Below are positions 16,830 through 29,111 of a stretch of 64,000 nt of DNA, piece by piece. The stretch is taken from positions 3,502-67,501 of the forward strand of contig DATFFT010000011.1 of NCBI GenBank assembly GCA_035249905.1, in the 5' to 3' direction. How positions within the stretch are numbered: the stretch's first letter is position 1; each line of letters opens with the position of its first letter. A model generated the notes under the pieces. It did no database searches, had not been told where the DNA came from, and worked only from the letters and a program-made list of their open reading frames with translations. The DNA comes from Actinomycetota bacterium. GTDB taxonomy: Bacteria > Actinomycetota > UBA4738 > HRBIN12. The position numbers were made by a program, and so were the translations under genes.

Positions 16830-18208
16830 GCGAGTCGCAGAGGGTGCTCACCGCCCACTGGCACGACCCGAGCGTGATCCCGCTCGCCGGGTACGAAGCC
16901 GCCGGAGGCTACCGGGCGCTTCGAGCGTCGCTCGGCATGAGCGCCGACGAGCTGATCCAGGTCGTGAAGGATTCGGGGCTCCGCGGACGGGGCGGGGCCG
17001 GGTTCCCCACGGGCATGAAGTGGTCGTTCGTGCCCCGGGACTCCGGCAAGCCGACCTTCGTGACCGTGAACTTCGACGAATCCGAGCCCGGCACGTGCAA
17101 CAACCGCGAGCTCGTCGAACGTGAGCCGCACGCCCTGATCGAGGGATCGGCGATCGCGGCTCGCGCGATCGACTGCCACCTCGCCTTCATCTACGTGCGT
17201 GGCGAGTACCTGTGGCAGGGCCAGGTGCTGCAACGGGCGCTGGACGAGGCCTACGCAGCCGGCTACCTGGGGCGCGGCATCATGGGCGGCGACTACGACC
17301 TCGACGTCGTGCTCCACCGCGGCGCCGGTGCATACATCTGCGGCGAGGAGACCGCCCTGCTCTCGAGCCTCGAGGGGTTCCGCGGCCAGCCCCGTCTGCG
17401 GCCGCCCTTCCCCGCCGTCGAGGGCCTCTACGAGTCGCCGACCGTGATCAACAACGTCGAGACCCTGATGAACGTGCCGCACATCGTGAACAACGGTGCG
17501 GACTGGTTCAAGTCGATCGGAACCGAGAAGGCTCCCGGCACGAAGGTGTTCACGATCTCGGGCAAGGTCGAGCGTCCCGGCAACTACGAGCTGCCCATGG
17601 GCACGCCGATGCGCACGTTGCTCGAGGAGCACGCCGGCGGCGTGCTGGGCGGGAGGGCGCTCAAGGCCTGGACGCCTGGCGGTTCCTCGACTCCGTTCCT
17701 CACGGCCGACCACATCGATGTCGGCCTCGACTTCGAGTCCGTGATGGAGGCGGGTTCGCTGCTCGGCACCGGCGCGATCATGGTGCTCGACGAGACCGAC
17801 TGCATGGTGGAGGCCGCCCGGCGGCTCGTCGAGTTCTACGCCCATGAGTCGTGCGGCAAGTGCACGCCATGTCGTGAGGGCACCTGGTGGGCCTCCCGGG
17901 TGCTGGGGCGCATCGAGTCCGGACACGGCCACGAGGAAGACCTGCCGGTCATGGCCGACATGGGCGAGCACATCCTGTTCCGCGCGTTCTGCGCGCTCGC
18001 CGACGGCGCGGTCTCGCCGATCCAGTCGACGCTGAAGCACTTCATGGACGAGTACGACGCCCACATCCGCGAGGGGCGCTGCCCGGTGACGGGCAGGGGC
18101 CCGGGCCGCGAGCGCGGCGGCGATCATCCCGCCGAGGACGATCGTGCCGCACCTGACGTGACGTTCGCGGGGGCCGGTCCGTTCGAGATCCAGGGGGCCC
18201 CGTCGTGA
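16826..18208 (+). CDS. nuoF: NADH-quinone oxidoreductase subunit F
   Basis: GTG 16826 overlaps the nuoE stop. FMN/NADH site GRGGAGFPTGMKW. N3 cluster ESCGKCTPCREG. Confidence 0.93.
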   Translation: MSESQRVLTAHWHDPSVIPLAGYEAAGGYRALRASLGMSADELIQVVKDSGLRGRGGAGFPTGMKWSFVPRDSGKPTFVTVNFDESEPGTCNNRELVEREPHALIEGSAIAARAIDCHLAFIYVRGEYLWQGQVLQRALDEAYAAGYLGRGIMGGDYDLDVVLHRGAGAYICGEETALLSSLEGFRGQPRLRPPFPAVEGLYESPTVINNVETLMNVPHIVNNGADWFKSIGTEKAPGTKVFTISGKVERPGNYELPMGTPMRTLLEEHAGGVLGGRALKAWTPGGSSTPFLTADHIDVGLDFESVMEAGSLLGTGAIMVLDETDCMVEAARRLVEFYAHESCGKCTPCREGTWWASRVLGRIESGHGHEEDLPVMADMGEHILFRAFCALADGAVSPIQSTLKHFMDEYDAHIREGRCPVTGRGPGRERGGDHPAEDDRAAPDVTFAGAGPFEIQGAPS

Positions 18209-20616
18209 GCCGGCCGGAGCAGCTCGTGAGCCTGACGATCGACGGCAAGCAGGTCGCCGTGCCGGCCGGCACGCTGCTCATCCGTGCCGCCGAGCAGGTC
18301 GGGGTGGAGATCCCTCGCTTCTGCGACCACCCCTTGCTCGAGCCGGTCGGGGCCTGCCGGCAGTGCTACGTCGAGATCGAAGGCCAGCGGAAGCTGTTCA
18401 CGTCGTGCACCACGACCGCGACCGAGGGCATGGTCGTCAAGACCCAGAACACGAGCGACGTGGCCCACGAGGCACAGGTCGCGAACCTCGAGTTCCTGCT
18501 CTTGAACCATCCGCTCGACTGCCCCATCTGCGACCGCGGTGGGGAGTGCCCGCTCCAGGATCAGGCCCTGGCGTTCGGGCCGGGGGAGAGCCGATACCGC
18601 GAGGCCAAGCGGGTCTTTCCCAAGCCGATCCCGCTCTCTCCGCTCGTGAACCTCGATCGCGAACGGTGCGTGCTCTGCGCGCGGTGCACGAGGTTCTGCG
18701 ACGAGATCTCGGGCGACCGGTTCATCGAGATGTTCGCTCGTGGGGCGGCCCAGCAGGTCAGGATCTCTGCCGGTGAGGACTTCCGGTCGCCGTTCAGCGG
18801 GAACACGGTGCAGATCTGTCCCGTCGGTGCGCTGACCTCGACGCCGTACCGGTTCGTCGCCCGGCCGTTCGATCTCTCGACGGTCGACACGGTGTGCCCG
18901 CATTGCAGCGCCGGCTGCAACATGAAGCTCGACATGCGCGGGGGTGAGGTCGTGCGTCAGCTCGCTCGCGACAACTACGACGTGAACGACGCGTGGCTCT
19001 GCGACAAGGGGCGGTCGGCGTTCCGGTTCCCCGACGCTCCCGGTCGCATCGCGACGCCGCTGATCCGCGAGCGCGGGCTCGAGCCCGCCTCGTTCGGCGA
19101 GGTGCTGACCCGCGTCGCCGGGTGGACCGACGGCGCGCGCGTCGCGATCCTGACCGGCGGCCGCCTGATGGACGAGGACTACTACGCGCTGTCGAAGCTC
19201 GCGCGCACCGTGTTCCGAACCAACGACCTCGATCATCGCCGGGCCGGCGACACCGGGGCGACCGCCGCGGAACGGCACGCCGCGGCGAAGCCGATGTCGC
19301 TGACCTACGACGACGTCGAGGCCGCGTCCGCGATCGTCGTGGTGGGTCTCGACGCCGAGCAGGAGGTGCCGATCCTGCACCTGCGGTTGCGGAAGGCCGC
19401 CCGGCGCGGAGCCCGGATCTGGGTGGTGCACCCGCGGCGCACGCGCCTGCACGACGTGGCCACGCACGTGCTCTGCGCTCCGGAGGACGAGGCGCGGCTG
19501 CTCGCGGGGGGAGCCGACGACACGCTCGACGAGGCGCTGGCCGCGGTCCGCGAAGCGGGCGCAGGCGCCGTCGTGCTCGCGGGGGAGCGACACGGTGCCG
19601 CCGATGTCGCGAAGCGGGCCGCCGAAGCCACCGGTGCCCGGTTCCAGTACGTCACGCGTCGGGCGAACGACCGGGGCGCGTTGCTCGCCGGCGTGCACCC
19701 GTCGCTGCTGCCCGGCGGCCGCGGGCTCGATGAGGTCGACGACGTCGAGGCAGCGTGGGGCCCGCTGATGAACCGGGAGCCGGGAAGGGACACGATGGGC
19801 ATCCTGCGAGCGTGCGCCGACCGCGAGGTCGACGTCGTGTTCCTGGTCGGCGTCGACCCGCTCCGTGACGTGCCCGACGCCGAGCTCGTGCGTCGGGCCC
19901 TGGACAACGTGCCGGTCAAGATCGTGCAGTCGCTCGAGCTCGGCTCGCTGGAGCCCTTCGCCGACGCGTTCCTGCCGGCGAGCGCGTTCCTCGAGAAGGA
20001 CGGGCACGTCTCGACCTGGGAGGGCCGGGGCCAGCGACTGCGCGCGATCCGCGGGCGCGACGGCATCAGCCTGGCCGACTGGGAGATCTTCGCGAGCATG
20101 GCGCTCGCGTGCGGAGGAGATCTCGGGTTCGAGACGCTCGACCAGCTGCACGACGAGATGGGACGGCTCATGGCGGCGCGCGAGGACGGCAGGAGCGAGC
20201 TCGGCGCCGTCGCAGCCCCGGCCGAGGTCGAACCTGGCGACGGGCTCGCGCTCTTCACCTACCCGCTGCTGGTCGACGAGGGCCGCCTGTCCGAGGAAGC
20301 CGACGAGCTGAAGGCCGCACTCGGACAGGCGCCCTTCGTGGAGCTGCATCCGACCGACGCCGCCGCGGCCGGCATCGTCGACGGGGGCCGCGCGATGGTG
20401 CGAACCGATGCCGGAGCCGCCGAGCTGCCTGCGCGGGTGACCGAACACATCGCCGCCGGCGCCGCGTTCGTGCCGTTCAACCAGCCGGGCCTGGCCGCGA
20501 ACACGTTGTTCTCCGGACGCATGGTCACCCGCGCCCGCATCACGCCCGCCGAGAGCGACCCCGCGCGCCCGGAGGGCGCCGAGGCGGTCGGCGCGGCCAT
20601 CGGGGGCGAGGCCTGA
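18205..20616 (+). CDS. nuoG: NADH-quinone oxidoreductase subunit G (803 aa)
   Basis: [28 protein letters not shown] and [11 protein letters not shown], followed by a molybdopterin-like domain. Confidence 0.93.
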   Translation: MSRPEQLVSLTIDGKQVAVPAGTLLIRAAEQVGVEIPRFCDHPLLEPVGACRQCYVEIEGQRKLFTSCTTTATEGMVVKTQNTSDVAHEAQVANLEFLLLNHPLDCPICDRGGECPLQDQALAFGPGESRYREAKRVFPKPIPLSPLVNLDRERCVLCARCTRFCDEISGDRFIEMFARGAAQQVRISAGEDFRSPFSGNTVQICPVGALTSTPYRFVARPFDLSTVDTVCPHCSAGCNMKLDMRGGEVVRQLARDNYDVNDAWLCDKGRSAFRFPDAPGRIATPLIRERGLEPASFGEVLTRVAGWTDGARVAILTGGRLMDEDYYALSKLARTVFRTNDLDHRRAGDTGATAAERHAAAKPMSLTYDDVEAASAIVVVGLDAEQEVPILHLRLRKAARRGARIWVVHPRRTRLHDVATHVLCAPEDEARLLAGGADDTLDEALAAVREAGAGAVVLAGERHGAADVAKRAAEATGARFQYVTRRANDRGALLAGVHPSLLPGGRGLDEVDDVEAAWGPLMNREPGRDTMGILRACADREVDVVFLVGVDPLRDVPDAELVRRALDNVPVKIVQSLELGSLEPFADAFLPASAFLEKDGHVSTWEGRGQRLRAIRGRDGISLADWEIFASMALACGGDLGFETLDQLHDEMGRLMAAREDGRSELGAVAAPAEVEPGDGLALFTYPLLVDEGRLSEEADELKAALGQAPFVELHPTDAAAAGIVDGGRAMVRTDAGAAELPARVTEHIAAGAAFVPFNQPGLAANTLFSGRMVTRARITPAESDPARPEGAEAVGAAIGGEA

Positions 20617-21746
20617 TGGACTGGATCGACTGGGCGATCCTCGTGGTCAAGGTCGTGATCGTGTTCTTGGGGCTGCTGATCGCGGTGATGCTCTACATCT
20701 GGATGGAGCGCAAGGTGATCGCCGACATGCAGACCCGCGTCGGTCCGATGCGGGCCGGCCCTCGCGGTGTGCTGATCACCCTCGCCGATGGGATCAAACT
20801 GTTCTTCAAGGAAGGCATCACGCCGACCGCCGTGGATCGCCCCGTCTACGCGGTCGCCCCGATCCTCGCGATGTTCCCCGGGTTCCTCGCGTTCTGCGTG
20901 ATCCCGTTCGGCACCCAGGTCACGTTGTTCGGCCGGGAGATCTCGTTCCAGCTCGCCGACCTGAACATCGGCATCCTCTGGATCCTCGCGATGTCGTCGC
21001 TCTCCGTCTACGGGGTGGTCCTCGCGGGATGGTCGAGCGGCTCGAACTACCCCCTACTCGGGGCGGTGCGGTCGAGCGCGCAGATGGTCTCCTACGAGGT
21101 GGGCGTGGGCCTCGCGCTCATCGCCGTGCTGATGTACAGCGGATCGCTGCAGCTGAGCGAGCTGGTCGCCTCGCAGGACACGGTCTGGAACGTGATCCCG
21201 CAGTTCCCGGCGTTCCTCGTCTTCATGATCGGCGCGCTCGCCGAGACGAACCGTCCGCCGTTCGATCTCGCCGAGGCGGAGTCCGAGCTCGTCGCCGGAT
21301 TCCACACCGAGTACTCGGGCATCAAGTTCGCGATGTTCTACCTCGGCGAATACGTCAATACGGTCACGGTCGCGGCCGTGGGGGTGACGCTGTTCCTCGG
21401 CGGCTGGCGCGGATGGTGGCCGTTCGACGGCGCCGTGGCCTGGGTGGGCCCGCTGCTGTGGTTCCTGCTCAAGGTCACCGCGGTGATCTACGTGATGATC
21501 CTCGTCCGGGCGACGTTGCCGCGCATCCGGTACGACCGGCTCATGGACTTCGGCTGGAAGGTGCTGGTCCCCTTCGGGCTCATCTGGATCATGATCACCG
21601 GCGTCGTCGTGGTCCTGCCGCAGGAGTACGGGAACCGCGGGCGGTTCATCGCCGCCGCGGTCATCGTGGGGGTGGCCGCCCTCGGCACCCTGGTGGCGCC
21701 GTTGTTCGCGCGCGGGCCGTCGCCCGAGGAGGAGGTGCCCGCGTGA
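20616..21746 (+). CDS. nuoH: NADH-quinone oxidoreductase subunit H
   Basis: ATG 20616 overlaps the nuoG stop by 1 nt (TGATG). Motifs [20 protein letters not shown] and [27 protein letters not shown]. Confidence 0.93.
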   Translation: MDWIDWAILVVKVVIVFLGLLIAVMLYIWMERKVIADMQTRVGPMRAGPRGVLITLADGIKLFFKEGITPTAVDRPVYAVAPILAMFPGFLAFCVIPFGTQVTLFGREISFQLADLNIGILWILAMSSLSVYGVVLAGWSSGSNYPLLGAVRSSAQMVSYEVGVGLALIAVLMYSGSLQLSELVASQDTVWNVIPQFPAFLVFMIGALAETNRPPFDLAEAESELVAGFHTEYSGIKFAMFYLGEYVNTVTVAAVGVTLFLGGWRGWWPFDGAVAWVGPLLWFLLKVTAVIYVMILVRATLPRIRYDRLMDFGWKVLVPFGLIWIMITGVVVVLPQEYGNRGRFIAAAVIVGVAALGTLVAPLFARGPSPEEEVPA

Positions 21747-22267
21747 GCGAGCCGCGAGATCCCGAGACGCGGATCGAGCCCGAACCCGGCGAGCAGGGCG
21801 CGTGGGAGTCGGCCGTCGCGATCGGGAAGGGCTTGGCAACGGTCTTCAAGCAGACGTTCCGGCCCGACGACACCGAGCGGTACCCGAAGGAGATCGCGCC
21901 GATCCCGGAGCGTTCGCACAGCGGCCGGCATCGGCTGAACAAGCACGAGGACGGCCTCGAGAAGTGCATCGGATGCGAGCTGTGCGCGTTCGCGTGCCCG
22001 GCCGACGCGATCTGGGTCGAGGGCGCCGACAACGACCCCGAACACCCGACCAGCCCGGGGGAGCGCTACGCGAAGGACTACCAGATCAACTACCTGCGCT
22101 GCATCATGTGCGGCCTGTGCGTCGAGGCGTGCCCGACCCGCGCGCTCACGCTCACCGACTACTTCGAGCTGGCCTTCACGAGCCGGGAAGAGGCGATCTG
22201 GACGAAGGAGCAGCTGCTCGAGCCGCCGCCGCCGCTCGGCACCGATCCCGCCGACCGGGAGGGGTAG
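21743..22267 (+). CDS. nuoI: NADH-quinone oxidoreductase subunit I
   Basis: GTG 21743 overlaps the nuoH stop. Two 4Fe-4S motifs, [12 protein letters not shown] and [12 protein letters not shown]. Confidence 0.92.
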   Translation: MSEPRDPETRIEPEPGEQGAWESAVAIGKGLATVFKQTFRPDDTERYPKEIAPIPERSHSGRHRLNKHEDGLEKCIGCELCAFACPADAIWVEGADNDPEHPTSPGERYAKDYQINYLRCIMCGLCVEACPTRALTLTDYFELAFTSREEAIWTKEQLLEPPPPLGTDPADREG

Positions 22268-22272
22268 CTCGC

Positions 22273-22893
22273 GTGCCGTTGGACAACGTCGTCTTCTGGG
22301 TCTTCGCACCGCTGTCGATCGCGACGGCCATCGGCATGATGGTGGTTCGCAACGCCGTGCACGCCGCACTGTTCCTGGTCGTGAACTTCTTCACGATCGC
22401 GGTGATGTACCTGCTGCTCGACGCGCCCTTCCTGTTCGCGGTGCAGATCGTCGTCTACGCCGGCGCGATCATGGTGCTGTTCTTGTTCGTGATCATGCTC
22501 CTGGGCGTCGATCGTGGGGACCCGCTGGGCGAGCGCCTGTTCGGTCAGCGCACGACCGCGGTGATCCTGGCCGTCGCGATCGTGGCCGAGGCGGCCACGG
22601 CCATCCGGGCCGGGGTCGGATTCGCGACGAGGGCGCCCGAGGGCTTCGAGGCGGCCAACCCGGGCGGGAATCCTTCGGCGCTGGCCGACGTGCTCTTCCG
22701 TGACTACTTCTTCCCCTTCGAGGTGACGTCGATCCTGTTGATCGTCGCCGCCGTCGCCGCGATGGTCTTGGCGCTCCGCCGTTCGAGATCGGTCACCCAG
22801 CGCGAGATCGAGGAACACGAGGGCGACGACCTCGAGGCCTACGCCATGGCGCCGCCGGGGGCGCCGCAGTCGATGCGGGAGGGAACCCGGTGA
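22273..22893 (+). CDS. nuoJ: NADH-quinone oxidoreductase subunit J
   Basis: GTG 22273. Motif [54 protein letters not shown]. Confidence 0.88.
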   Translation: MPLDNVVFWVFAPLSIATAIGMMVVRNAVHAALFLVVNFFTIAVMYLLLDAPFLFAVQIVVYAGAIMVLFLFVIMLLGVDRGDPLGERLFGQRTTAVILAVAIVAEAATAIRAGVGFATRAPEGFEAANPGGNPSALADVLFRDYFFPFEVTSILLIVAAVAAMVLALRRSRSVTQREIEEHEGDDLEAYAMAPPGAPQSMREGTR

Positions 22894-23195
22894 GGACGCC
22901 GATCGCGTACTTCCTGCTGCTCTCGGCGATCCTGTTCGCCCTCGGCTCGGCATCGGTGCTCTTGCGCCGCAACGCCTTGCGCATCTTCATGGGGGTCGAG
23001 CTGCAATTGAACGCGGTGAACCTCACGCTCGTGGCGTTCTCGCGCATGCACCTCGAGCTCGACGGGCAGATCCTGGCGTTCTTCTCGATGGTGGTGGCCG
23101 CCGCCGAGGTCGTGGTCGGCCTCGCGATCATCGTGGCCGTGTTCCGGCGAACCGGCACGGCCGACGTCGACCGGGCGGACGTGTTGCGCGGATGA
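22890..23195 (+). CDS. nuoK: NADH-quinone oxidoreductase subunit K
   Basis: 101 aa. Motif [22 protein letters not shown]...[13 protein letters not shown]. Confidence 0.92.
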   Translation: MRTPIAYFLLLSAILFALGSASVLLRRNALRIFMGVELQLNAVNLTLVAFSRMHLELDGQILAFFSMVVAAAEVVVGLAIIVAVFRRTGTADVDRADVLRG

Positions 23196-25072
23196 TCGAC
23201 CTGATCGGCCTCGCGATCGCGATCCCGCTCGTCGCGGCTGGCGTCAACATGCTCGTCGGCGCCCGGCTCGGCCGGTACGCGGGCTGGCTGGCGACCGGGG
23301 CCATGGCCGCGTCGTTCGCGATTGCGCTGGGAGCGCTGCTCGACCTGCTCTCGCTCCCGGCGGGCGACCGCACCCAGGTCGTCACGGTCGCGGAGTGGAT
23401 CCGGGCCGGCGCGGCCACCGTCACGCTCGATCTGCGGGTCGACCCGCTCTCCATCACGATGGCGATGGTGGTCACGGGTGTCGGTTCGCTGATCCATCTG
23501 TACGCGATCGGCTACATGGAGCACGATCCGAGGCCGGGGCGCTTCTTCGGCTACATGAACCTGTTCTGCGCGTTCATGCTCGCCCTCGTCCTCGCCAACG
23601 ACTTCGTGCTGCTCTACCTCGGCTGGGAAGGCGTGGGCCTCTGCTCCTACCTGTTGATCGGGTTCTGGTCGGAACGACCCGAGGCCGCGAGGGCCGCCAA
23701 GAAGGCGTTCATCACGACGCGGGTGGGCGACGTGATGCTGCTGCTCGGGCTGTTCGCGATCTGGAGCCACTTCGGCTCGTTCGATTTCGACACCGTGCTG
23801 GGCGCGGAAGGTTCGCTCCCCGAGATCGCGACCGGCACCGCCACCGCGATCTCGCTGTTGATGCTCGGCGGCGCGGTGGGGAAGTCGGCCCAACTGCCCC
23901 TGCACGTGTGGCTGCCCGACGCGATGGCCGGTCCGACCCCGGTCTCCGCGCTGATCCACGCGGCAACGATGGTCACCGCGGGTGTCTACCTCGTGGTGCG
24001 GACCCACGTGCTGTTCGAGATCTCCGAGATCGCGCTCACCGTGGTGGCGGTGATCGGGCTCGCCGGGGCGCTCTACGCGGGGTTCGCCTCGCTCGGCCAG
24101 TACGACATGAAGCGGGCGCTCGCGTATTCGACGATGTCCCAGCTCGGGTTCATGTTCCTCGCGGCCGGCCTCGGCTTCTCGGCGGTGGCGATCTCGCTGC
24201 TCGTGGCGCACGCCTTCTACAAGGCCCTGCTGTTCCTGACGTCGGGCAACGTGATGCACGGGCTGCACGACGAGATCGACGTCCGACGGCTCGGAGGGCT
24301 CGTCCGCGACATGCCGTGGACCGCCGCCCTGTTCGCGGTCGGCGCCCTCGCGTTGTCGGGTCTGCCTCCGTTCAGCGGCTACTTCACCAAGGACGCGATC
24401 CTCGAGCTCGCGAGCCATGACGGCGAGGTGTGGGCCTACGTGCTCGGATCGCTCGGTGCGCTGGTCTCCGCCTGGTACATCGCCCGCCTGTTCTTCACCG
24501 CGTTCATCGGCGATCGTCGGTACGAAGGCCGGGCACACGAGGCGTCCACGCTGATGCGGGCCCCGCTCGTGGTGCTCGCGATCGGGGCCCTGTTCGCCGG
24601 CATGTGGCTCGCGCTGACGCCCGATGGCCGGCTCGCGACGTTCCTCGAGCCCGTGGTCGGCACCGTCGCGGAGGGGCACGCCGGTCCCTCCACACAGGTC
24701 CTGGTCGCGATCTCTGTCGTGTTGACCCTGCTCGGCATCGCCATCGCCTGGCGTCTGTATCGTCCGGGCGCCGCCGAACGATGGATCTCGTTCCCCCAAC
24801 GCGAGCCGGGCCTCGCCGGCGCGCTGGGCCATGCGTTCTACCTCGACGATCTCTACGCCTGGATCGTCGGTGCGGTCGGGCTCCGCGGGGCGGCCGCGCT
24901 GGAACGGTTCGACCGGCTCGTCGTGGACGGCGCGGTCAACGGGGTCGGGCGGCTCGCCGTCCGGCTCTCCGGGCTCGCGCCGATCTGGCAGTCGGGGAAG
25001 GTGCGCCGCTACGCCCTGTCGTTCCTGGCCGGCGGCGTGGCGCTGCTCGTGTTCGCCGTGGTGAGGGTGTAG
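23192..25072 (+). CDS. nuoL: NADH-quinone oxidoreductase subunit L
   Basis: Antiporter-like subunit with [16 protein letters not shown] and [32 protein letters not shown]. Confidence 0.93.
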   Translation: MIDLIGLAIAIPLVAAGVNMLVGARLGRYAGWLATGAMAASFAIALGALLDLLSLPAGDRTQVVTVAEWIRAGAATVTLDLRVDPLSITMAMVVTGVGSLIHLYAIGYMEHDPRPGRFFGYMNLFCAFMLALVLANDFVLLYLGWEGVGLCSYLLIGFWSERPEAARAAKKAFITTRVGDVMLLLGLFAIWSHFGSFDFDTVLGAEGSLPEIATGTATAISLLMLGGAVGKSAQLPLHVWLPDAMAGPTPVSALIHAATMVTAGVYLVVRTHVLFEISEIALTVVAVIGLAGALYAGFASLGQYDMKRALAYSTMSQLGFMFLAAGLGFSAVAISLLVAHAFYKALLFLTSGNVMHGLHDEIDVRRLGGLVRDMPWTAALFAVGALALSGLPPFSGYFTKDAILELASHDGEVWAYVLGSLGALVSAWYIARLFFTAFIGDRRYEGRAHEASTLMRAPLVVLAIGALFAGMWLALTPDGRLATFLEPVVGTVAEGHAGPSTQVLVAISVVLTLLGIAIAWRLYRPGAAERWISFPQREPGLAGALGHAFYLDDLYAWIVGAVGLRGAAALERFDRLVVDGAVNGVGRLAVRLSGLAPIWQSGKVRRYALSFLAGGVALLVFAVVRV

Positions 25073-26611
25073 ATGGACGCTCCCTGGCTCACGCTCGTGA
25101 TCGTCGCGCCGCTGGCCGGCCTGCCGGTGCTCCTGCTGTGGCGTTCGATCTCCGACGAGGCCGCCCGGTGGGTCGGCCTCGCTGCCGCGCTGGCGGCGTT
25201 CGCCGTCTCGATCGGCATGCTGGCGAACTTCGAGACCGGCGAAGCGGGCTTCCAGTTGGTCTCGAAGCACCCGTGGGTCGAGTCGGTCGGGCTCACGTGG
25301 TTCCTGGGCGTCGACGGGTTCTCGGTCTGGCTCGTGATGGTGACCACGTTCATGTTCCCCATCGCGATCGCCGCGTCGTGGAGGGTCGAGCACCAGGTGC
25401 GCCGCTACATGGCGATGGCTCTGTTCCTCGAGACGGTGATCCTCGGGGCGTTCCTCTCGCTGGACCTGCTGTTGTTCTTCCTGTTCTTCGAGGCCCTGCT
25501 GTTCCCCATGTACTACATCATCGGCGTCTGGGGCTCGAAGCGCCGCATCTACGCCGCCACGAAGTTCCTGCTGTACACGATGTTCGGCTCCGCGTTCCTG
25601 CTCGTCGGCATCCTGTGGCTCTACATCGAGTCGGGGAACCAGCTCGGGAAGGCGACGTTCGACCTCACGGTGCTCGAGCAGGTGCGCCTGTCGACCGAGG
25701 CCGGCCGATGGCTGTTCCTCGCGTTCTTCGTCGGGTTCGCGGTGAAGGTGCCGGTGTGGCCGCTGCACACCTGGCTGCCCGACGCCCACACGGAGGCGCC
25801 GACGAAGGGATCGGTCGTGCTGGCCGCGATCCTGCTGAAGACCGGGCCCTACGGCATGCTGCGATTCAATCTGGATCTGTTCCCCGAGGCGTCCCGCTAC
25901 TTCGCCGACGCGATCATGGTGCTCGCCGTGGTCGGTATCGTCTACGGCGCGATCGTCGCGATGATGCAGAGCGACATCAAGCGGTTGATCGCCTACTCGT
26001 CGGTCAGCCACATGGGGCTGATCGTGCTCGGCATCTTCGCGTTCTCCGCCGAGTCGATGAACGGTGCGGTGCTCCAGATGGTGAACCACGGGCTCTCGAC
26101 GGGCATGTTGTTCCTGGTCTTCGGCATGCTCTACGAACGCACGCACACGCGGGAGATCTCCGATCTCGGCGGCATCGTGCAGATCACGCCCTGGCTCGCG
26201 GGCGCCTACGTCGTCGCCATGTTCTCCTCGATCGGCCTGCCCGGCCTCAACAACTTCGTCGGTGAGTTCCTGGTCCTGCTGGGCACGTTCTCGGTCGATC
26301 GGGTGCTCGCATCGATCGCGATCCTCGGCGTGATCCTGTCCGCGATCTACATGCTCTGGTCGTATCAGCGCACGTTCCAGGGCCCGGCGAAGGAACGGTG
26401 GGGGACGCTGCGGGACCTGTCCTGGCGCGAAGGCGCGATCGTCGCGCCGATCGTCGTCGCGATGTTGTGGATCGGCCTGCAGCCCGGACCGATGCTCGAG
26501 CGCCTGCGTCCGACCGCGGAGCTGGTCTCGGAACGCATCCGCACCGTGCAGGTGGGCGAGGCGGTCGAGCCGCTGGCGCGCACGAGCGGCGCGGGGGAGG
26601 AGGGGCCGTGA
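25073..26611 (+). CDS. nuoM: NADH-quinone oxidoreductase subunit M
   Basis: AVKVPVWPLHTWLPDAHTEAPT and IKRLIAYSSVSHMG. Confidence 0.93.
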   Translation: MDAPWLTLVIVAPLAGLPVLLLWRSISDEAARWVGLAAALAAFAVSIGMLANFETGEAGFQLVSKHPWVESVGLTWFLGVDGFSVWLVMVTTFMFPIAIAASWRVEHQVRRYMAMALFLETVILGAFLSLDLLLFFLFFEALLFPMYYIIGVWGSKRRIYAATKFLLYTMFGSAFLLVGILWLYIESGNQLGKATFDLTVLEQVRLSTEAGRWLFLAFFVGFAVKVPVWPLHTWLPDAHTEAPTKGSVVLAAILLKTGPYGMLRFNLDLFPEASRYFADAIMVLAVVGIVYGAIVAMMQSDIKRLIAYSSVSHMGLIVLGIFAFSAESMNGAVLQMVNHGLSTGMLFLVFGMLYERTHTREISDLGGIVQITPWLAGAYVVAMFSSIGLPGLNNFVGEFLVLLGTFSVDRVLASIAILGVILSAIYMLWSYQRTFQGPAKERWGTLRDLSWREGAIVAPIVVAMLWIGLQPGPMLERLRPTAELVSERIRTVQVGEAVEPLARTSGAGEEGP

Positions 26612-28053
26612 TCGATCCGCCCCGCGTCGAGCTCTGGGCGATCCTGCCGGTGCTGATCCTGTTCGCGGGGGCCGTGATTGCGTTGGTGGGTTCCGCCTTC
26701 GCCCGCCGAGCCGATCAGGCGCCGTTCGCGCTCCTCACGCTTGCCGCGCTCGCTGCGGCGGCGGCGGCGGCCCTCTGGCTCTGGAACCGGGAGCCGACGA
26801 CCGCGCTCGAGGGCATGGTCAGCGTCGATCGCCTGGCGGTCGTGGCCACGCTCACGCTCTGTGGCGTCGGTGCGTTCGGGGCGTACCTCGGATACCACTA
26901 CTTCGAGCGAGACGAGCTGCGGCGGAACGAGTTCTACGCCCTGCTGCTGTTCGCCCTCGGCGGCATGGCCCTGCTGGTGGCCGCCGCGGATCTGATCGTC
27001 GTCTTCCTCGCGATCGAGGTGCTCTCCCTCTCGCTGTACGTGCTCACGGCCCTGACGTTCCGACGCGGGCCGACCGAGGCGTCGCTGAAGTACTTCCTGC
27101 TGGGAGCGTTCGCGTCGGCGTTCCTGCTCTATGGCGTCGCGATCAGCTACGGAGCGGTGGCGACCACCAGCATCCAAGGGCTGGCGCGGGGGCTGGCCGG
27201 CACGACCGGGGACCAGTCGCTCGCCATCGCCGGCGCGCTGCTCATCGTGGTCGGCCTCGGGTTCAAGGTCTCGCTCGTGCCGTTCCACATGTGGACGCCC
27301 GATGTCTATCAGGGTGCCCCGAGCCCGGTGACGGCGTTCATGTCGGCGGCGACGAAGGTGGCCGTGTTCGTCGCGCTGGTCCGCGTGCTGCACGTGGCGT
27401 TCGTGGGCCTGCAGTGGGATCTCGGTCCCGCCATCGCAGCGCTATCGGCGGCCTCGATGGTGGTTGGCAGCGGGCTGGCGATCGCCCAGACCGACGTCAA
27501 GCGCTTGCTCGCGTACTCGAGCGTCGCGCAGGCCGGGTACATCCTGTCCGCATTCGTCGCTCCCGATCGCGACGGCATCGCCGCCGCCCTCTTCTACGTC
27601 GTCTCGTACGCTGCGGCGGTGATCGGCGCGTTCGGAGTCGTGATGCTGATCTCCGGCGGCATCCGGGAGCAGACCGGCTTCGAGCGCTTCCGGGGCCTCG
27701 GCCGCCGCCGGCCCGGTCTGTCCGCGCTCCTGACGATCTTCCTCCTGTCGCTCGCGGGCATCCCCCCCACGGCGGGCTTCGTGGCGAAGGTGTTCGTGCT
27801 GGGCGCGGCGACGAGGGCCGGCTACTGGCCGCTGGTGCTGATCGGCGCGCTGGCCGGGGTCGTCGGCGCCTTCTACTACCTGCGCATCGTCGCGTTGATG
27901 GCGATGCGTGAGCCCGAGGGGGACGACGTCGCCGATCCGTCGCCGCTGCCTCGGCTGGTGCTCGCGGTGCCGGCCGCGGCCGTCGTCGTGCTGGGTATCG
28001 TGCCGGGCGTGATCGTGCCGGTGCTGCGGGAAGCGGGGGTGCTCACATGGTGA
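26608..28053 (+). CDS. nuoN: NADH-quinone oxidoreductase subunit N
   Basis: GTG 26608 overlaps the nuoM stop. Motifs FKVSLVPFHMWTPDVYQGAPSPVTAF and VKRLLAYSSVAQAGY. Confidence 0.92.
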   Translation: MIDPPRVELWAILPVLILFAGAVIALVGSAFARRADQAPFALLTLAALAAAAAAALWLWNREPTTALEGMVSVDRLAVVATLTLCGVGAFGAYLGYHYFERDELRRNEFYALLLFALGGMALLVAAADLIVVFLAIEVLSLSLYVLTALTFRRGPTEASLKYFLLGAFASAFLLYGVAISYGAVATTSIQGLARGLAGTTGDQSLAIAGALLIVVGLGFKVSLVPFHMWTPDVYQGAPSPVTAFMSAATKVAVFVALVRVLHVAFVGLQWDLGPAIAALSAASMVVGSGLAIAQTDVKRLLAYSSVAQAGYILSAFVAPDRDGIAAALFYVVSYAAAVIGAFGVVMLISGGIREQTGFERFRGLGRRRPGLSALLTIFLLSLAGIPPTAGFVAKVFVLGAATRAGYWPLVLIGALAGVVGAFYYLRIVALMAMREPEGDDVADPSPLPRLVLAVPAAAVVVLGIVPGVIVPVLREAGVLTW

Positions 28054-28060
28054 GGCCGCG

Positions 28061-29071
28061 ATGAGCCGCGGGGTGATCCCGGGCCTCGAGCCGCCCGACG
28101 CCGTGCTCGAGGCCGACGTGCGCACGCGGCTCGATCAGGTCGAGGAGGCGCTCGAGAAGTCCGTTCGCATCGAGGCATCGGGCATGCTGACCGAGACCTC
28201 TTCGTACCTGATCGCCGCGGGCGGGAAGCGGTTCCGGGCGATGCTCGTGCTGCTCGCCGGGTACTTCGGCGACCCGGCCGACCCGCGGCTCGTCCCCGGT
28301 TCCGTCTCGATCGAGCTCGTGCACCTCGCCACGCTGTACCACGACGATGTGATCGACGAGGCCGAGGCACGCCGCGGCGCACCGAGCGCCAACATGCGAT
28401 GGGACAACACGGTGGCGATCCTCACCGGCGACTTCCTGTTCGCGAGGGCCTCGGAGATCTCGACGGAGCTCGGGACCGAGATCTGCCGTCTGCTCGCACG
28501 CACGATCGCGGTGCTCTGCGACGGACAGATCCGCGAGGTCTCGAGCTCGGCCGAGGTCGAGCAGGAGATCGCGAGCTACCTCGAGATCATCCGGCGCAAG
28601 ACCGCCTCGCTGATCGCGACGTCGTGCCGGCTCGGAGGCATGCTGTCCGACGCCGATGCCGAACACGTCGACGTACTCGAACGGTTCGGCGAAGCCCTGG
28701 GCATGGCGTATCAGCTCTCCGACGACATCATGGACATCACGTCGTCGCAGATCGAGCTCGGCAAGGAACCCGGCCAGGACCTGCGGGAAGGCGTCTACAC
28801 GCTGCCGGTGCTGCATGCGCTGGCTTACGACGAGCACCGGGGAGAGCTGGCCCGCATCCTTTCTCACGGCGCGCCCGACGGGGAGATGCTCGACCGAGCG
28901 CTCGACATCGTGCGGTCGGGCGGGTCGGTCGACGTGGCCCGCGCGGCCGTGACCGACGAGGTGCGAAGGGCGACCGGGCTCGCGATGCGGCTCCCCGGCG
29001 GCCCGGCGCGACATGCGCTGATCCAGCTGGCGAAGTTCTTGGCGGGCAGGTGCGGGGCGGTGGCCGCGTGA
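28061..29071 (+). CDS. Long-chain polyprenyl diphosphate synthase (heptaprenyl/menaquinone side-chain type, GrcC1/HepT-like)
   Basis: LYHDDVIDEAEARRG and YQLSDDIMD. Starts 7 nt after the nuoN stop. The position between nuo and htpX matches the mycobacterial grcC1-htpX neighbourhood as I recall it. Confidence 0.87.
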   Translation: MSRGVIPGLEPPDAVLEADVRTRLDQVEEALEKSVRIEASGMLTETSSYLIAAGGKRFRAMLVLLAGYFGDPADPRLVPGSVSIELVHLATLYHDDVIDEAEARRGAPSANMRWDNTVAILTGDFLFARASEISTELGTEICRLLARTIAVLCDGQIREVSSSAEVEQEIASYLEIIRRKTASLIATSCRLGGMLSDADAEHVDVLERFGEALGMAYQLSDDIMDITSSQIELGKEPGQDLREGVYTLPVLHALAYDEHRGELARILSHGAPDGEMLDRALDIVRSGGSVDVARAAVTDEVRRATGLAMRLPGGPARHALIQLAKFLAGRCGAVAA

Positions 29072-29111
29072 GGACGCTAGGATACGGACGCCCGAGGGGC
29101 CTTCCACTGTC